A stretch of DNA of 32,000 bases from Patescibacteria group bacterium. Lineage in GTDB: Bacteria > Patescibacteriota > Patescibacteriia > 2-01-FULL-39-33. The stretch lies in assembly GCA_041662745.1 (NCBI GenBank), contig JBAZRV010000003.1, forward strand, positions 108,051 through 140,050, read 5' to 3'. Position numbers and translations under genes: made by a program. Of this stretch, positions 1 through 8,644 are shown piece after piece; within the stretch, counting starts at the first letter, position 1; each line of letters opens with the position of its first letter. Under the pieces are notes generated by a model that was given only the letters and a program-made list of their open reading frames with translations, was not told the origin of the DNA and did no database searches.

Positions 1-268
1 AAGTGGAAATCCATAAGTCATTGTAGCCCAAGGGCAAAAGCTGATCTACGCGTTCTTCCATTTCAGCGGCGGCTTTTTCGGTAAAAGTCAGGGCTAAAAT
101 CTGTTCGGGGAGAATCCCTTGCTCAGTCACCAGCCAGGCGATTTTAGAAGTGATGACCGTGGTTTTGCCCGTGCCGGCGCCGGCGATAATCAACAGCGGG
201 CCGTCCCGGTGGGTAACGGCTTGCTTTTGGGCTTCATTCAGGTTTTTTAGCAGTTCAGAATTCGGCAT
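1..268 (-). CDS. UvrD/Rep-family superfamily 1 helicase, N-terminal part (runs off window edge)
   Basis: Reverse strand from ATG at 266-268 translates MPNSELLKNLNEAQKQAVTHRDGPLLIIAGAGTGKTTVITSKIAWLVTEQGILPEQILALTFTEKAAAEMEERV...; Q-motif, Walker A GAGTGKT and the LTFTEKAAAEM motif typical of UvrD/PcrA. Missing from the ORF track because it is partial. Confidence 0.93.
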   Translation of the reverse strand, partial: MPNSELLKNLNEAQKQAVTHRDGPLLIIAGAGTGKTTVITSKIAWLVTEQGILPEQILALTFTEKAAAEMEERVDQLLPLGYNDLWIST

Positions 269-356
269 AATTAAGTCTATATTTAAGTTAATTTTACCAG
301 AAAACCGGGGATATTTCAAAGCCTGTGATTTTTCGTTAAAATTTTATTTGAAAATA

Positions 357-384
357 AAAAACCGCCGTTATTCGGGCGGTTTTG
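357..384 (-). terminator. Rho-independent terminator-like hairpin downstream of the 434-952 ORF
   Basis: aaaaaccgcc gttattc gggcggtttt: GC-rich stem with flanking A/T runs. Confidence 0.6.
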
Positions 385-433
385 GGCGTTTTGGTTGCAA
401 AGAGCCGATGCGAAGGGCCGGTTGGCGCTGGCA

Positions 434-952
434 TTAAAGCTGAAACCCGAGGCGCTTGGCCTGTTTTTGCAGTTCCTGAAGGCGTGTTTGGCACTCCTGT
501 TCTTCCAGCTTTTTATCCAACTTCCGTTCCTTGGCTTTCCTGTAATCGGCAATCACTTGATCCGGTTTGTCAACCAGCAAATCAAGCGGTGTTCGCCAAG
601 CGCCGGTGTCTATGAAAACCTCAACCTTGGGATCGTCATCATGTTGCCAATAGACATCAAAAACCTTTATGGATTCCCCCGGCAGGCAAAACCAAATTTC
701 AATATTGTTGCCTCCGAAACAGGTCATGCCGAAAATGCCGCGAAATTCAAAATTATCAAAGCCTTTGAACTTCCAGGTTGTTTTGATATGATCGCTCGAA
801 GTATCCCGCGACACCAATTCCCCTATTCCCGTGAGTATTTTTGCGGCGAATCTTAAATATTTTAGTACCAGTTCTTTCCTGTCTTTAATCTGTTTTTCCA
901 ACGCCGCGATTTCTTGCTCAATCGTTTTTTCTGCGACGGCTGCTTTTGCCAT
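434..952 (-). CDS. Hypothetical protein (172 aa), coiled-coil-like ends
   Basis: Uninterrupted ORF MAKAAVAEKTIEQEIAALEKQIKDRKELV...; charged helical N- and C-termini; no family recognised. Confidence 0.6.
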   Translation of the reverse strand: MAKAAVAEKTIEQEIAALEKQIKDRKELVLKYLRFAAKILTGIGELVSRDTSSDHIKTTWKFKGFDNFEFRGIFGMTCFGGNNIEIWFCLPGESIKVFDVYWQHDDDPKVEVFIDTGAWRTPLDLLVDKPDQVIADYRKAKERKLDKKLEEQECQTRLQELQKQAKRLGFQL

Positions 953-1159
953 TAGTCAGTCCTCCCTCGGTTTTTTGGTTGCAAGGATTTAATGTAATGA
1001 ACACTAAAGTATTATAACGGATTGGGATAAAAAGTCAAGGTGTTATAAAACCTCGACATTTTCCAATTTTGCTCATATCTCGCTTCTGACTTGTTCCCGC
1101 CCCTTAATATTGTTATGACTTTTGTCAGAAAAAAAGCAAAACAAAAATCACGTCCATAG

Positions 1160-1230
1160 CTCGGGGACAGGGGCTCGAACCCCGATTAACGGCTTCAAAG
1201 GCCGCTGTCCTACCATTAGACGATCCCCGA
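1160..1230 (-). tRNA. tRNA-Gln (anticodon UUG)
   Basis: Cloverleaf: acceptor TCGGGGA/TCCCCGA, D-arm GTCTAATGGTAGGAC, anticodon arm GCGGC CTTTGAA GCCGT with TTG at 34-36, T-arm GGGGTTCGAGCCCC, discriminator G73, weak U1-A72 typical of tRNA-Gln. CCA is not encoded. Confidence 0.95.
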
Positions 1231-1288
1231 GTTATAGACGCGATTTTTCGTTAACTAACGTCTTACTTGATTTGAATTATTTATATTT

Positions 1289-1411
1289 TTACTTATTATA
1301 AGGCCGGCCGGTCACCTTGGCCTCAAACTTCTTTTTTCTGGCGCTTTTCTTGTCTTCCTGTTTGACTAAGCGAGGCACCTTGATCTTCGGATCCCTTTTT
1401 CTTTTTGCCAT
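1289..1411 (-). CDS. Small highly basic protein (40 aa)
   Basis: Reverse strand ATG..TAA: MAKRKRDPKIKVPRLVKQEDKKSARKKKFEAKVTGRPYNK. Below the ORF track size cutoff. Confidence 0.45.
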   Translation of the reverse strand: MAKRKRDPKIKVPRLVKQEDKKSARKKKFEAKVTGRPYNK

Positions 1412-1538
1412 ATGTTTATTATTGCTGGGGCAAAACCGAACTAATCTCAAATTAGAAAGTCGTCGGTTTTGCTGTTCTTTTAATTAATCTATGTTTTATT
1501 CTAACAAATTTATCGCTGTTTGGCAAGATTTTGCCAAA

Positions 1539-1614
1539 AAAAAGAGCCCCCGTAACTTTGGTCGCACACCCATGAAACATTACTATTTATTGGTGTGTGG
1601 CTAGTTGACGGGGG
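1539..1614 (-). terminator. 3'-terminal hairpin and U-tract of the candidate ncRNA
   Basis: Minus strand: ACCCCCGTCAACTAGCCACACACC...GGGTGTGCGACCAAAGTTACGGGGG then CTCTTTTTTTT; 1547-1553 pair with 1608-1614. Confidence 0.6.
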
Positions 1615-2320
1615 TCAAAATTAAAGGTGCTTTCGAATGGCGGGGATCGGAGCGTTTTTAGACGCTCTTTTCGGCCGGGTCCGGAAGAGGCTCCATCACA
1701 AAATTCCTGAGCCGCTAATGCGAGAGCTCCGCTAAACAACGCCGCGCTAACGCCCATTTCCATTACACTTTGGCAGCGCGAACGATCAATGACCGATGGC
1801 GGACCTCATGGCAACAAACAAATCCGGATATTCGGGCCGCATCCTGCGCCCCGATCCCCAAATTCAGCCGGTTGGTGTTTATTCCTGAGGGGCCCGGCTT
1901 GCCCCTAAATACATCGTTGTGTATTTGGCATGTTTGGTTTCCTTTGGCGGCCGGGATTAACGCACCCCTTTCATTAACTGGTCGGTGCGCCTAACCACCT
2001 GGCAACAGGGCCGGGGCGCTGTCCAATATAGCGATCCCCTGCTATGCTTTTATCTACAAGTTGCCAGTTCGTTAACCCTCGTAATTACACAAACCCCACG
2101 GGATAACGACTCATTAGGAGCCCTCCAGTTTTGTTTGGCCGATAGTTGGCCATGCCCGTTTTAACTATCCAGATGTTCGCCAACGGGCGAGACTCTGGAA
2201 AAAACGATACTACTGCTGACTGTCAATGAGCTTGGTGAGCGCGAGACGGAAGCGGCCCTTAAGCCTAGGAATGGAACGAATATGTTGGTTCCCCCACTTT
2301 CCGTCTCGCCTCACCTTTGA
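1540..2320 (-). ncRNA. Candidate large structured non-coding RNA of unassigned class
   Basis: About 780 bp without a credible ORF; near-consensus promoter immediately upstream (TTGACA at 2355-2350, 17-nt spacer, TATGAT at 2332-2327); long 5' stem (GGTGAG.CGAGACGGAAG near 2316-2298 pairing with CTTCCGTCTCGCGCTCACC near 2253-2235); many local hairpins; ends in a strong hairpin followed by a T run. Confidence 0.65.
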
Positions 2321-2326
2321 GCTTCA

Positions 2327-2355
2327 ATCATATCACATCGTTAATATTTTGTCAA
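2327..2355 (-). promoter_or_regulatory. Sigma70-like promoter driving the candidate ncRNA
   Basis: Minus strand TTGACA-N17-TATGAT. Confidence 0.7.
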
Positions 2356-2535
2356 TAGCTTTATCCACAGGCAAATTATTAATAATAAAAAATTAGTGTA
2401 AATTTAGCTAAAATAAATTAATTTATTTTATGATTAAAATGGCGATAATCCGCCATAGGCGGTTTTGCCGGAAAACAAACTTAAATAAAACTATAGACTT
2501 GCCCCAAGAGCGTCTATCAGTTAGAATGAAGTTGT

Positions 2536-3132
2536 ATGTCAGAATCAAATATCAAAAACCTTGTTGATAAATTTGCCAGATTTCCCTCAATTGGCCCAAA
2601 AACCGCCGAACGAATGGTGTATTACCTGCTCAGACAATCGCCGGAAAAAATGGACGAATTATCTTCGGCAATTCATCAACTAAAAAATAGCATTACCGCT
2701 TGCAATATTTGCTTTAATTTTAGCGAATCTAATCCTTGTCCAATCTGTTCCGATCTCCGGCGCGATCGTCGGATTATTTGTATTGTGGCCAAACCGCAGG
2801 ATATTTCAGCCATTGAGAAAACCGGCTCATATAACGGCGTTTATCATGTCTTAGGCGGCAATATCAATCCGCTGGAAAATATTATGCCGGAGAATTTGCG
2901 GCTTAAAGAACTCTTGGCGCGCATCAAGGATAATGAAGCTTGCGAACTTATCCTGGCTTTGAATCAGGATATGATCGGTGAAACCACCGCTTTGTATCTG
3001 TCTAAATTATTAAAGCAATTTTCTCAAGTGACGGTAACGCGTTTGGCGCGCGGCTTGCCCATGGGCGCTGATCTGGAATACGCCGATGAAGTGACTTTGG
3101 AAAGCGCTATTTCCGGACGCAGGGAATTATAA
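2536..3132 (+). CDS. recR: Recombination mediator protein RecR
   Basis: MSESNIKNLVDKFARFPSIGPKTAERMVYYLL..., CxxC zinc finger (CNICFNFSESNPCPICSD), Toprim-like IICIVAKPQDISAIEKTG and YHVLGGNINPLENI. Confidence 0.96.
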   Translation: MSESNIKNLVDKFARFPSIGPKTAERMVYYLLRQSPEKMDELSSAIHQLKNSITACNICFNFSESNPCPICSDLRRDRRIICIVAKPQDISAIEKTGSYNGVYHVLGGNINPLENIMPENLRLKELLARIKDNEACELILALNQDMIGETTALYLSKLLKQFSQVTVTRLARGLPMGADLEYADEVTLESAISGRREL

Positions 3133-3136
3133 AATA

Positions 3137-3166
3137 AAACAGCCGGCTCGGCCGACTGTTTTTTAA
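3137..3166 (+). terminator. Rho-independent terminator of recR
   Basis: AAACAGCCGGctcgGCCGACTGTTTTTT. Confidence 0.7.
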
Positions 3167-3179
3167 TCACAATAAGAAA

Positions 3180-3854
3180 TCACACTTCTTCGGGAGTTAT
3201 TTTTTTACACTCCCCCTCTTTTAGGTCTGCCAACTTTAGCTTGCCTATCCTGATGCGTTTTAAATCTTCAACTTTGTAATCTAACTGTTCGGCCATGCGG
3301 CGGATTTGGCGGTTGACGCCCTCTTTAAGAATCAGGGTCAGCCGGTTGCCTCGCTGTTTAATAATCCTGACCGGTTGGAGTTTTTTGCCGTCCAAGATCA
3401 ATCCCCGCTCTATTTTTTGCGCGTCGGTTTTGGCCAGGGCGCGATCCAGTTCCACTTCATATTCCTTTTCGTGGCCGAATTTGGCCTGGGTCAGGCGATA
3501 GGCAAAATCGCCGTCATTGGTTAATATCAGCAAGCCCCGTGAATCTTTATCCAGCCTTCCCACCGGATAAATTCGCTGTTTAATTTTAATCAAATCCAAA
3601 ACCGATTTGCCTTGCGAACCGCTTGAGGAAGTGATATAGCCCCTGGGCTTGTTAAGCGCCAGATAGATTTTTTGCGTTTCTGTTTCCAGTTTCTTGCCGG
3701 CTATTTCTACGGCAGCGTTATTTTCATCAATTACCAGTCCCAAATCTTGGGCGGCCAAGCCGTTTACCTTCACTTTACCGGCTTTAATTAGCTCATCGGC
3801 TTTGCGTCTGGAACAGACTCCGGCTTGAGCAATGTATTTATTCAAACGAATCAT
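3180..3854 (-). CDS. RsuA/RluB/RluF-family pseudouridine synthase
   Basis: N-terminal S4 domain MIRLNKYIAQAGVCSRRKADELIKAGKVKVNG; catalytic motif VGRLDKDSRGLLILTNDGDFAYRLTQ; EGVNRQIRRM. Confidence 0.93.
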   Translation of the reverse strand: MIRLNKYIAQAGVCSRRKADELIKAGKVKVNGLAAQDLGLVIDENNAAVEIAGKKLETETQKIYLALNKPRGYITSSSGSQGKSVLDLIKIKQRIYPVGRLDKDSRGLLILTNDGDFAYRLTQAKFGHEKEYEVELDRALAKTDAQKIERGLILDGKKLQPVRIIKQRGNRLTLILKEGVNRQIRRMAEQLDYKVEDLKRIRIGKLKLADLKEGECKKITPEEV

Positions 3855-3858
3855 ATTT

Positions 3859-3908
3859 TGTCATTCCCGCGTACCTTGCCTACTGGCAGGTAGAGGCGGG
3901 AGTCCAGG
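3859..3908. repeat. Palindromic REP/MITE-like element (TTGTCATTCCCGC...GGCGGGAGTCCAG)
   Basis: ttgtcattcccgcgtaccttgcctactggcaggtagaggcgggagtccag: nested pairing TACC/GGTA and TGCC/GGCA around tact, outer CCCGC/GCGGG; partly echoed by TTGTCATTCTGAGGC at 3915-3929. Confidence 0.5.
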
Positions 3909-3975
3909 TTATTTTTGTCATTCTGAGGCAACGTCGAAAAATCTCAAATATAATTTTTTTTAATATTAAATTAAA

Positions 3976-4659
3976 CTAAATACTATGTTTTTCTTGAACA
4001 ATTTTTTTCCATTTCTCGTACTTGTCTTTGGTTTTAAGTTTCAGCCAAGGCAGTTTATAGGCAAACGAGGGCAGCCATTGACTCATAGTCCCGCCGGTTG
4101 AGACCTTGAACAATACTTCGGGAATGAACACTCCCCGATCGCCGCATTCGGCCATAGTTAAAAACAGGTCCCAATCTTGGAATTTTTTCAGTGTTTCATC
4201 AAAACCGGGAAATTTTTCCCGCCTAATCAGCGAGCAGGTATGGATGTATGGTTGTTGTTTTAATTTTTCCGCAGCAAACGGCCAGAGTTTGAATTTTTTC
4301 CAACCCCAGCGGAATTGGCTGTAGGCAAAACTAGCTTCGGACACGGTCTTAAGCGCTAAATGCATCTTTTCCAAGGCTTGAGGCCTTAAGATTACATCGG
4401 CGTCAACGAAGATAACTTCCGATCCGGAAGATTGGCTGAAGCCGTAGTTGCGCGCCGCCGGAGCCCCCTTATTTTCCTGGTTTAAAATAGTCAGACGATG
4501 GCTGCAAGTGGTTAGGGCCAAAAGCAAATCATCGGTAGAGCCGTCGTTGACTACGATGATCTCGTAATCCTTGAGAGTTTGATTAAAAATACTGTTCAGA
4601 CAGCGGCTGATGGTTTTGGCAGCATTATAAGCGGGAATGATGACGGATATTTGCGGCAT
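3976..4659 (-). CDS. Family 2 glycosyltransferase
   Basis: MPQISVIIPAYNAAKTISRCLNSIFNQTLKDYEIIVVNDGSTDD...GAPAARNYGFSQSSGSEVIFVDADV: GT-A fold with DXD-like motif. Confidence 0.93.
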   Translation of the reverse strand: MPQISVIIPAYNAAKTISRCLNSIFNQTLKDYEIIVVNDGSTDDLLLALTTCSHRLTILNQENKGAPAARNYGFSQSSGSEVIFVDADVILRPQALEKMHLALKTVSEASFAYSQFRWGWKKFKLWPFAAEKLKQQPYIHTCSLIRREKFPGFDETLKKFQDWDLFLTMAECGDRGVFIPEVLFKVSTGGTMSQWLPSFAYKLPWLKLKTKDKYEKWKKIVQEKHSI

Positions 4660-5775
4660 TTAATTGTTGATTATGTTTTTAATTTTTTCTGCTTGTTTGC
4701 TCCAATCAAATTCTAACGCTCGTTTTTGGCCGGCTTCAGCCAAGCGCCGCCATAATTCGCGATCCGTGGCGATTTTTATGATTGCCGATTTTATTTCCTC
4801 GTTGATTCGCGGATCAACCAGAATGCCGGTTACCCCGCCCAGCACCGCCTCCTTGGAACCGCCGAATTTAGAGGCGATAACCGCGGTCCTGGTCGCCGAG
4901 GCCTCCAGATAACCGATGCCAAAACCCTCGGGCTTTAATGATACTGTGATATAGATATGCGCCAATTGCAAATAAAACGCCTTGGCTTCCGGAATATTAG
5001 CCACCTCCCCGGCAAAAATAACATTATATTTTAATCCTGATTGTTGAGCTAAATTTTTTAATTTTTCTTCCTGCGAGCCGCCGCCGACAATGATATATTT
5101 AAGCTCCGGCACGAGGGACAATAATTCCGGCAGCATTTTAATGACCGTTTCAATATTTTTTTCCGGTTCCAGACGGCACATGGACAGCATGACAACATCG
5201 TTGTCAGCTAATCCCAATAGCTTCTTTTTGCCGGCAAAATCTTCGTCCGGCTTGTTAAGCGCTTCATAATCAATGCCCGGGTATATTATTTCAATTTTGG
5301 TTTTGTCTTTGGTCAGCTTGAATATTTCTTCGGCTAAGTAATCGCTATTGGCAATAAATTTGCGGCATAAGGGATTGCCATAAACTTGCTTTAGCAGCCG
5401 TTTTTGCCACCAGCTGTCTTTGGCTTGGGTAATATCTGTACCGTGGGCAAAAACATAAAACGGCAGTTTTATTTTTCCGGCCAGGGAATTATAAGGATGA
5501 AAATGGCCGAAGGCCAATCGTTCCACTCCCTCCGTTTTGACGATGTCGTTAATTTCTTTAATTAAAGGACGCCAACGGGGCGGGATTTTTCCGCTGAAAA
5601 AATCCGTGCGGTAAATATGATAAGGTTGGGTTTGATCAAATTCTTTTTCTCCCGCCTGAGTTTGCGCTAAGACGCAAATCTCGGCCGGCTCCAAACGCGA
5701 CAGCAGGTTAAGGTAATAATTTTGTATTCCCCCGGCTTGCGGCGGGAAAAAATTGGTAATCAGTAGTTTTTTCAT
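4660..5775 (-). CDS. Family 4 glycosyltransferase (GT-B)
   Basis: MKKLLITNFFPPQAGGIQNYYLNLL...LSMCRLEPEKNIETVIKMLPEL...HIYITVSLKPEGFGIGYLEASATRTAVIASKFGGSKEAV. Confidence 0.93.
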   Translation of the reverse strand: MKKLLITNFFPPQAGGIQNYYLNLLSRLEPAEICVLAQTQAGEKEFDQTQPYHIYRTDFFSGKIPPRWRPLIKEINDIVKTEGVERLAFGHFHPYNSLAGKIKLPFYVFAHGTDITQAKDSWWQKRLLKQVYGNPLCRKFIANSDYLAEEIFKLTKDKTKIEIIYPGIDYEALNKPDEDFAGKKKLLGLADNDVVMLSMCRLEPEKNIETVIKMLPELLSLVPELKYIIVGGGSQEEKLKNLAQQSGLKYNVIFAGEVANIPEAKAFYLQLAHIYITVSLKPEGFGIGYLEASATRTAVIASKFGGSKEAVLGGVTGILVDPRINEEIKSAIIKIATDRELWRRLAEAGQKRALEFDWSKQAEKIKNIINN

Positions 5776-7232
5776 AATTGGCTTTCTTCCTTATTAATCC
5801 CCCCCTTAAAATCTTTCATTAACTCTTTAAACGATCTTAGGCGGAACAAGCCCAGGATGTAAGCCAGGATAAGATAAGTCACTATTCCGCCGGCAATCGC
5901 CACAATAAAATGGACTCGTTCCTTGAGCAACCGGACCGCTAAATACATTATCAGACAGGCCAAGAGCATTTTTGCGGCCGACCAAATCAAAAACTTCCAG
6001 TCGTATTTGATTATTTGGCCGACGACAGTAATGCCCAAAACAAACAGCAAGGCGTAACTGGCGATATTGGCAATGGCTGAACCGTTATAACTCCAAATCG
6101 GGATCAGGATAAGGTTGGCAACAAAAGAAAACCCGGCCACAACGCCCAAATGAATCGTGTTTCTGGCCTGTCGATCGCAAGCGTTAAGCATGGCGCCAAT
6201 AGGGAAACAAAGGAAGACAAAAACCAATGACAGCATTAGGATATCCAGGGGTAAAACGGAAGCCGCATAATGATTGCCGAAAACCGGACCGATTATCTTA
6301 TCGGCAATAGAGATTACGCCAATAGATATCGGCAGGGAAAAAAACATCAGCCAATACATGGATTTGACGAAAAGCTTGGATAATTTTTCTTGGCTGTGAG
6401 CGAAGTAATTGGCAAACGCCGGATAGATGGAGGCGGAGAAAGCCAAGGCGATGAATTGCAAGGCAAAGGCCACCTTAAAGGCCACGGAGTAAATGCCTAC
6501 GGCATAGTCATTGGCGAGTTTTGACAATAAAACAATATCAATAGCCGAAAAAATACGATTGAAGATTCCGGCCAAGGCAAAAGGGATGGAGATAAGCACT
6601 AATTGCCTGATTGTCAGCCAGTCAAAGGAAAAAGCTATCGGTATTTGATATTTGCGGCGCAGATTAACCGCAGACCAGATAAAGTTTGTCAGACTGCCCA
6701 AAATATAAACAGCCATTACCCAGGTCAGTGGCGCGCCAAAAAATAACAATCCCCCGCCGGCAATTAAAACTATTGATTGATTGATGATAACGCCCAGGCT
6801 TTCATACGCCAGATTTTGATGGCCGCGCAAAGCGCCGTAAACGCTTAGGGAGAACGAGTCTAACAGCATGACAAAGCCGGAAATGTATACTAGCGATTTA
6901 GTTAGTTGCGGGTAGCCCAGAATATTAACTAAAACTATGATGATTAAATAAACTAAGGCCGAAGCGGCCAGTTTATAACCGAGGATATTGGCGAGGTATT
7001 TGGCGGAATGTTCGCGGTCCTTGGCTACTTCGCGAATCAATACTTGAGTCAGGCCCAAATCTAAAAACATGGCAAAGATGGAGGTAAAACTGAGGGCGAA
7101 AGTAAATCGTCCTTGATCGGCCACGCCGACGGAACGCGCCAGGATGATGAAGTATAAAAACGACAGCGCTTTTTGGGCGGCTAACGAAGCGCTGTAAAAA
7201 AAAGTGTTTTTAGCCAAGTTTCTGTTGGACAT
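5772..7232 (-). CDS. Polysaccharide/lipid flippase (Wzx-like, MOP superfamily)
   Basis: 486 aa polytopic membrane protein starting NLAKNTFFYSASLAAQKALSFLYFIILARSVGVADQGRFTFA; 4-nt overlap with the GT4 gene. Confidence 0.88.
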   Translation of the reverse strand: MSNRNLAKNTFFYSASLAAQKALSFLYFIILARSVGVADQGRFTFALSFTSIFAMFLDLGLTQVLIREVAKDREHSAKYLANILGYKLAASALVYLIIIVLVNILGYPQLTKSLVYISGFVMLLDSFSLSVYGALRGHQNLAYESLGVIINQSIVLIAGGGLLFFGAPLTWVMAVYILGSLTNFIWSAVNLRRKYQIPIAFSFDWLTIRQLVLISIPFALAGIFNRIFSAIDIVLLSKLANDYAVGIYSVAFKVAFALQFIALAFSASIYPAFANYFAHSQEKLSKLFVKSMYWLMFFSLPISIGVISIADKIIGPVFGNHYAASVLPLDILMLSLVFVFLCFPIGAMLNACDRQARNTIHLGVVAGFSFVANLILIPIWSYNGSAIANIASYALLFVLGITVVGQIIKYDWKFLIWSAAKMLLACLIMYLAVRLLKERVHFIVAIAGGIVTYLILAYILGLFRLRSFKELMKDFKGGINKEESQL

Positions 7233-7268
7233 AATGCCTATATTATACTATAAAATACGAGTAAAATA

Positions 7269-7296
7269 AAGCCCGCTAAAAATAGTGATAGCGGGC
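7269..7296. terminator. Terminator-like hairpin
   Basis: GCCCGCTAaaaatagtgaTAGCGGGC followed by a short A run. Confidence 0.5.
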
Positions 7297-7314
7297 AAAA
7301 AAGTGCAGAAGCGA

Positions 7315-7647
7315 TTACGATTTTATTGGTGTGCCAATCGTGGCCTTATATAATCGCCAGTCAATAGCAGACAATAAAATAGAAGTGGAAGAGTTGCCGC
7401 AAATTAAGGCGAAAACCGGAAAGAGCCGCGGCAATTCTTCGGGGCAATGCTTGAGGCAACCGCAGTAAAGTTCCGATATAATCTTTTGCAAGCAACCGAC
7501 ACAGATTCGGTTGTCTTTATCCACTAACTGGGCGCGTTTAGCCATTAAGGAGGACAATAATTCCTGCAGGATTATTTGCCGTTCATGCGGTCTGGCGGAT
7601 TGTTCCGCCGCCCTGGCCAGCAAGGCGCAGATTTTTTGTTCTTCCAC
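7315..7647 (-). CDS. Hypothetical cysteine-rich protein (110 aa)
   Basis: ORF with CVGCLQKIISELYCGCLKHC cluster; no recognised family. Confidence 0.5.
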   Translation of the reverse strand: MEEQKICALLARAAEQSARPHERQIILQELLSSLMAKRAQLVDKDNRICVGCLQKIISELYCGCLKHCPEELPRLFPVFALICGNSSTSILLSAIDWRLYKATIGTPIKS

Positions 7648-7762
7648 GATGATACCTCCTAAGGTTAATGACCTAATTTAACCTTAGCAGATTAAAATCT
7701 TGGTGGCAATTAAGTTATCCCCAAAAGAAAAATTTGTAAGTTTTTAGACTTTTTGTGAAATA

Positions 7763-7798
7763 AAAAACCGCATAACGTTGAGTTAGCGGTTTTTTAAA
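7763..7798 (-). terminator. Terminator at the end of the ribosomal/RNAP operon
   Basis: AAAAAACCGC...GCGGTTTTTT just 3' of rpsI. Confidence 0.7.
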
Positions 7799-7809
7799 AA
7801 AATATAATA

Positions 7810-8250
7810 TTAGCGTTTAGACCATTGCGGGGCGCGACGGGCGCGTTTCAAGCCCGGCTTCTTTCTTTCCTTGACTCTGGGATCGCGAGTCATCAGCCCC
7901 TCGGCCTTCATGGCCGGTCGCAATTCAGGATTTAGCTGTTCCAGGGCTCGGGCAATGCCATGACGGCAAGCCGCGGCTTGGCCGTTTTTGCCGCCGCCAA
8001 CCACATGAATGGAGACGGTGGTATTCTTATCGTGATCAGTCAGAACTAACGGCTTTAAGACAATATCTTGCAGATCTTTAGTGGGAAAATAAACCTTATA
8101 ATCAAGATCATTGACTATGATTTCTCCTTTGCCCTTCAGGTATAAGCGGACATTGGCAGATGAGGTTTTTCGGCCGCCTCGGCCATAAAAAAACTTGCCT
8201 TCCGGTTTGACAATCTCGACTTCTTTGATTTCTTTCTTTTTGGTAACCAT
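7810..8250 (-). CDS. rpsI: 30S ribosomal protein uS9
   Basis: ...EGKFFYGRGGRKTSSANVRLYLKGKGEIIVND...GGGKNGQAAACRHGIARAL...LTRDPRVKERKKPGLKRARRAPQWSKR. Start placed at internal ATG (MVTKKK); the track start is 8271. Confidence 0.96.
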   Translation of the reverse strand: MVTKKKEIKEVEIVKPEGKFFYGRGGRKTSSANVRLYLKGKGEIIVNDLDYKVYFPTKDLQDIVLKPLVLTDHDKNTTVSIHVVGGGKNGQAAACRHGIARALEQLNPELRPAMKAEGLMTRDPRVKERKKPGLKRARRAPQWSKR

Positions 8251-8271
8251 AATATATTCTTGCGAAAACAA

Positions 8272-8631
8272 TTAGTTAGTGGTTTTCAACCGCTTAATCA
8301 TCTGATCGCGCAGTTTATTTTTAGGCAACATGCCCCAAACGGCTCGTCTGAGGACCTCGCCGGCATTGTCTTTCATGACCACGCTGGTTTTTTTGATTTT
8401 TAATCCGCCCGGATGGGTAGTGTGCCATTTGTATTCTTTTTGTTCCAGTTTCTTGCCGGTTAGTTTGAGCTTGGAACAGTTAGCGACCTCTACAAAATCT
8501 CCGGCATCAATATTGGGCGTAAAAGTGGCTTTATTTTTGCCACGTAAAATAATGGCGATACGCGTGGCTAAACGTCCGACCGGTTGGCCAGTAGCATCAA
8601 GCTGATGGGTTTTTCTTTCTATTTCTTTCAT
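8272..8631 (-). CDS. rplM: 50S ribosomal protein uL13
   Basis: MKEIERKTHQLDATGQPVGRLATRIAIILRGKNKATFTPNIDAGDFVEVANCSKLKLTGKK...AVWGMLPKN. Confidence 0.96.
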   Translation of the reverse strand: MKEIERKTHQLDATGQPVGRLATRIAIILRGKNKATFTPNIDAGDFVEVANCSKLKLTGKKLEQKEYKWHTTHPGGLKIKKTSVVMKDNAGEVLRRAVWGMLPKNKLRDQMIKRLKTTN

Positions 8632-8644
8632 AAAATAAATTTAA

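Noticed and set aside
1161-1230. Reading the tRNA as tRNA-Leu or tRNA-Phe from partial CTTTGAA
   Set aside because: The 7-nt loop is C-T-TTG-A-A, placing TTG at 34-36, with G73 and weak U1-A72 consistent with Gln.
1621-1710. SRP RNA suggested by gggtccggaagaggc on the plus strand
   Set aside because: Only a partial match to the GGUCCGGAAGGAAGCAGC core, no fitting long hairpin, and the expression signals point to the minus strand.
1770-1994. 74-aa forward ORF inside the candidate ncRNA
   Set aside because: No RBS, no family-like content, opposite strand to the promoter/terminator pair and overlaps strong stem-loops.
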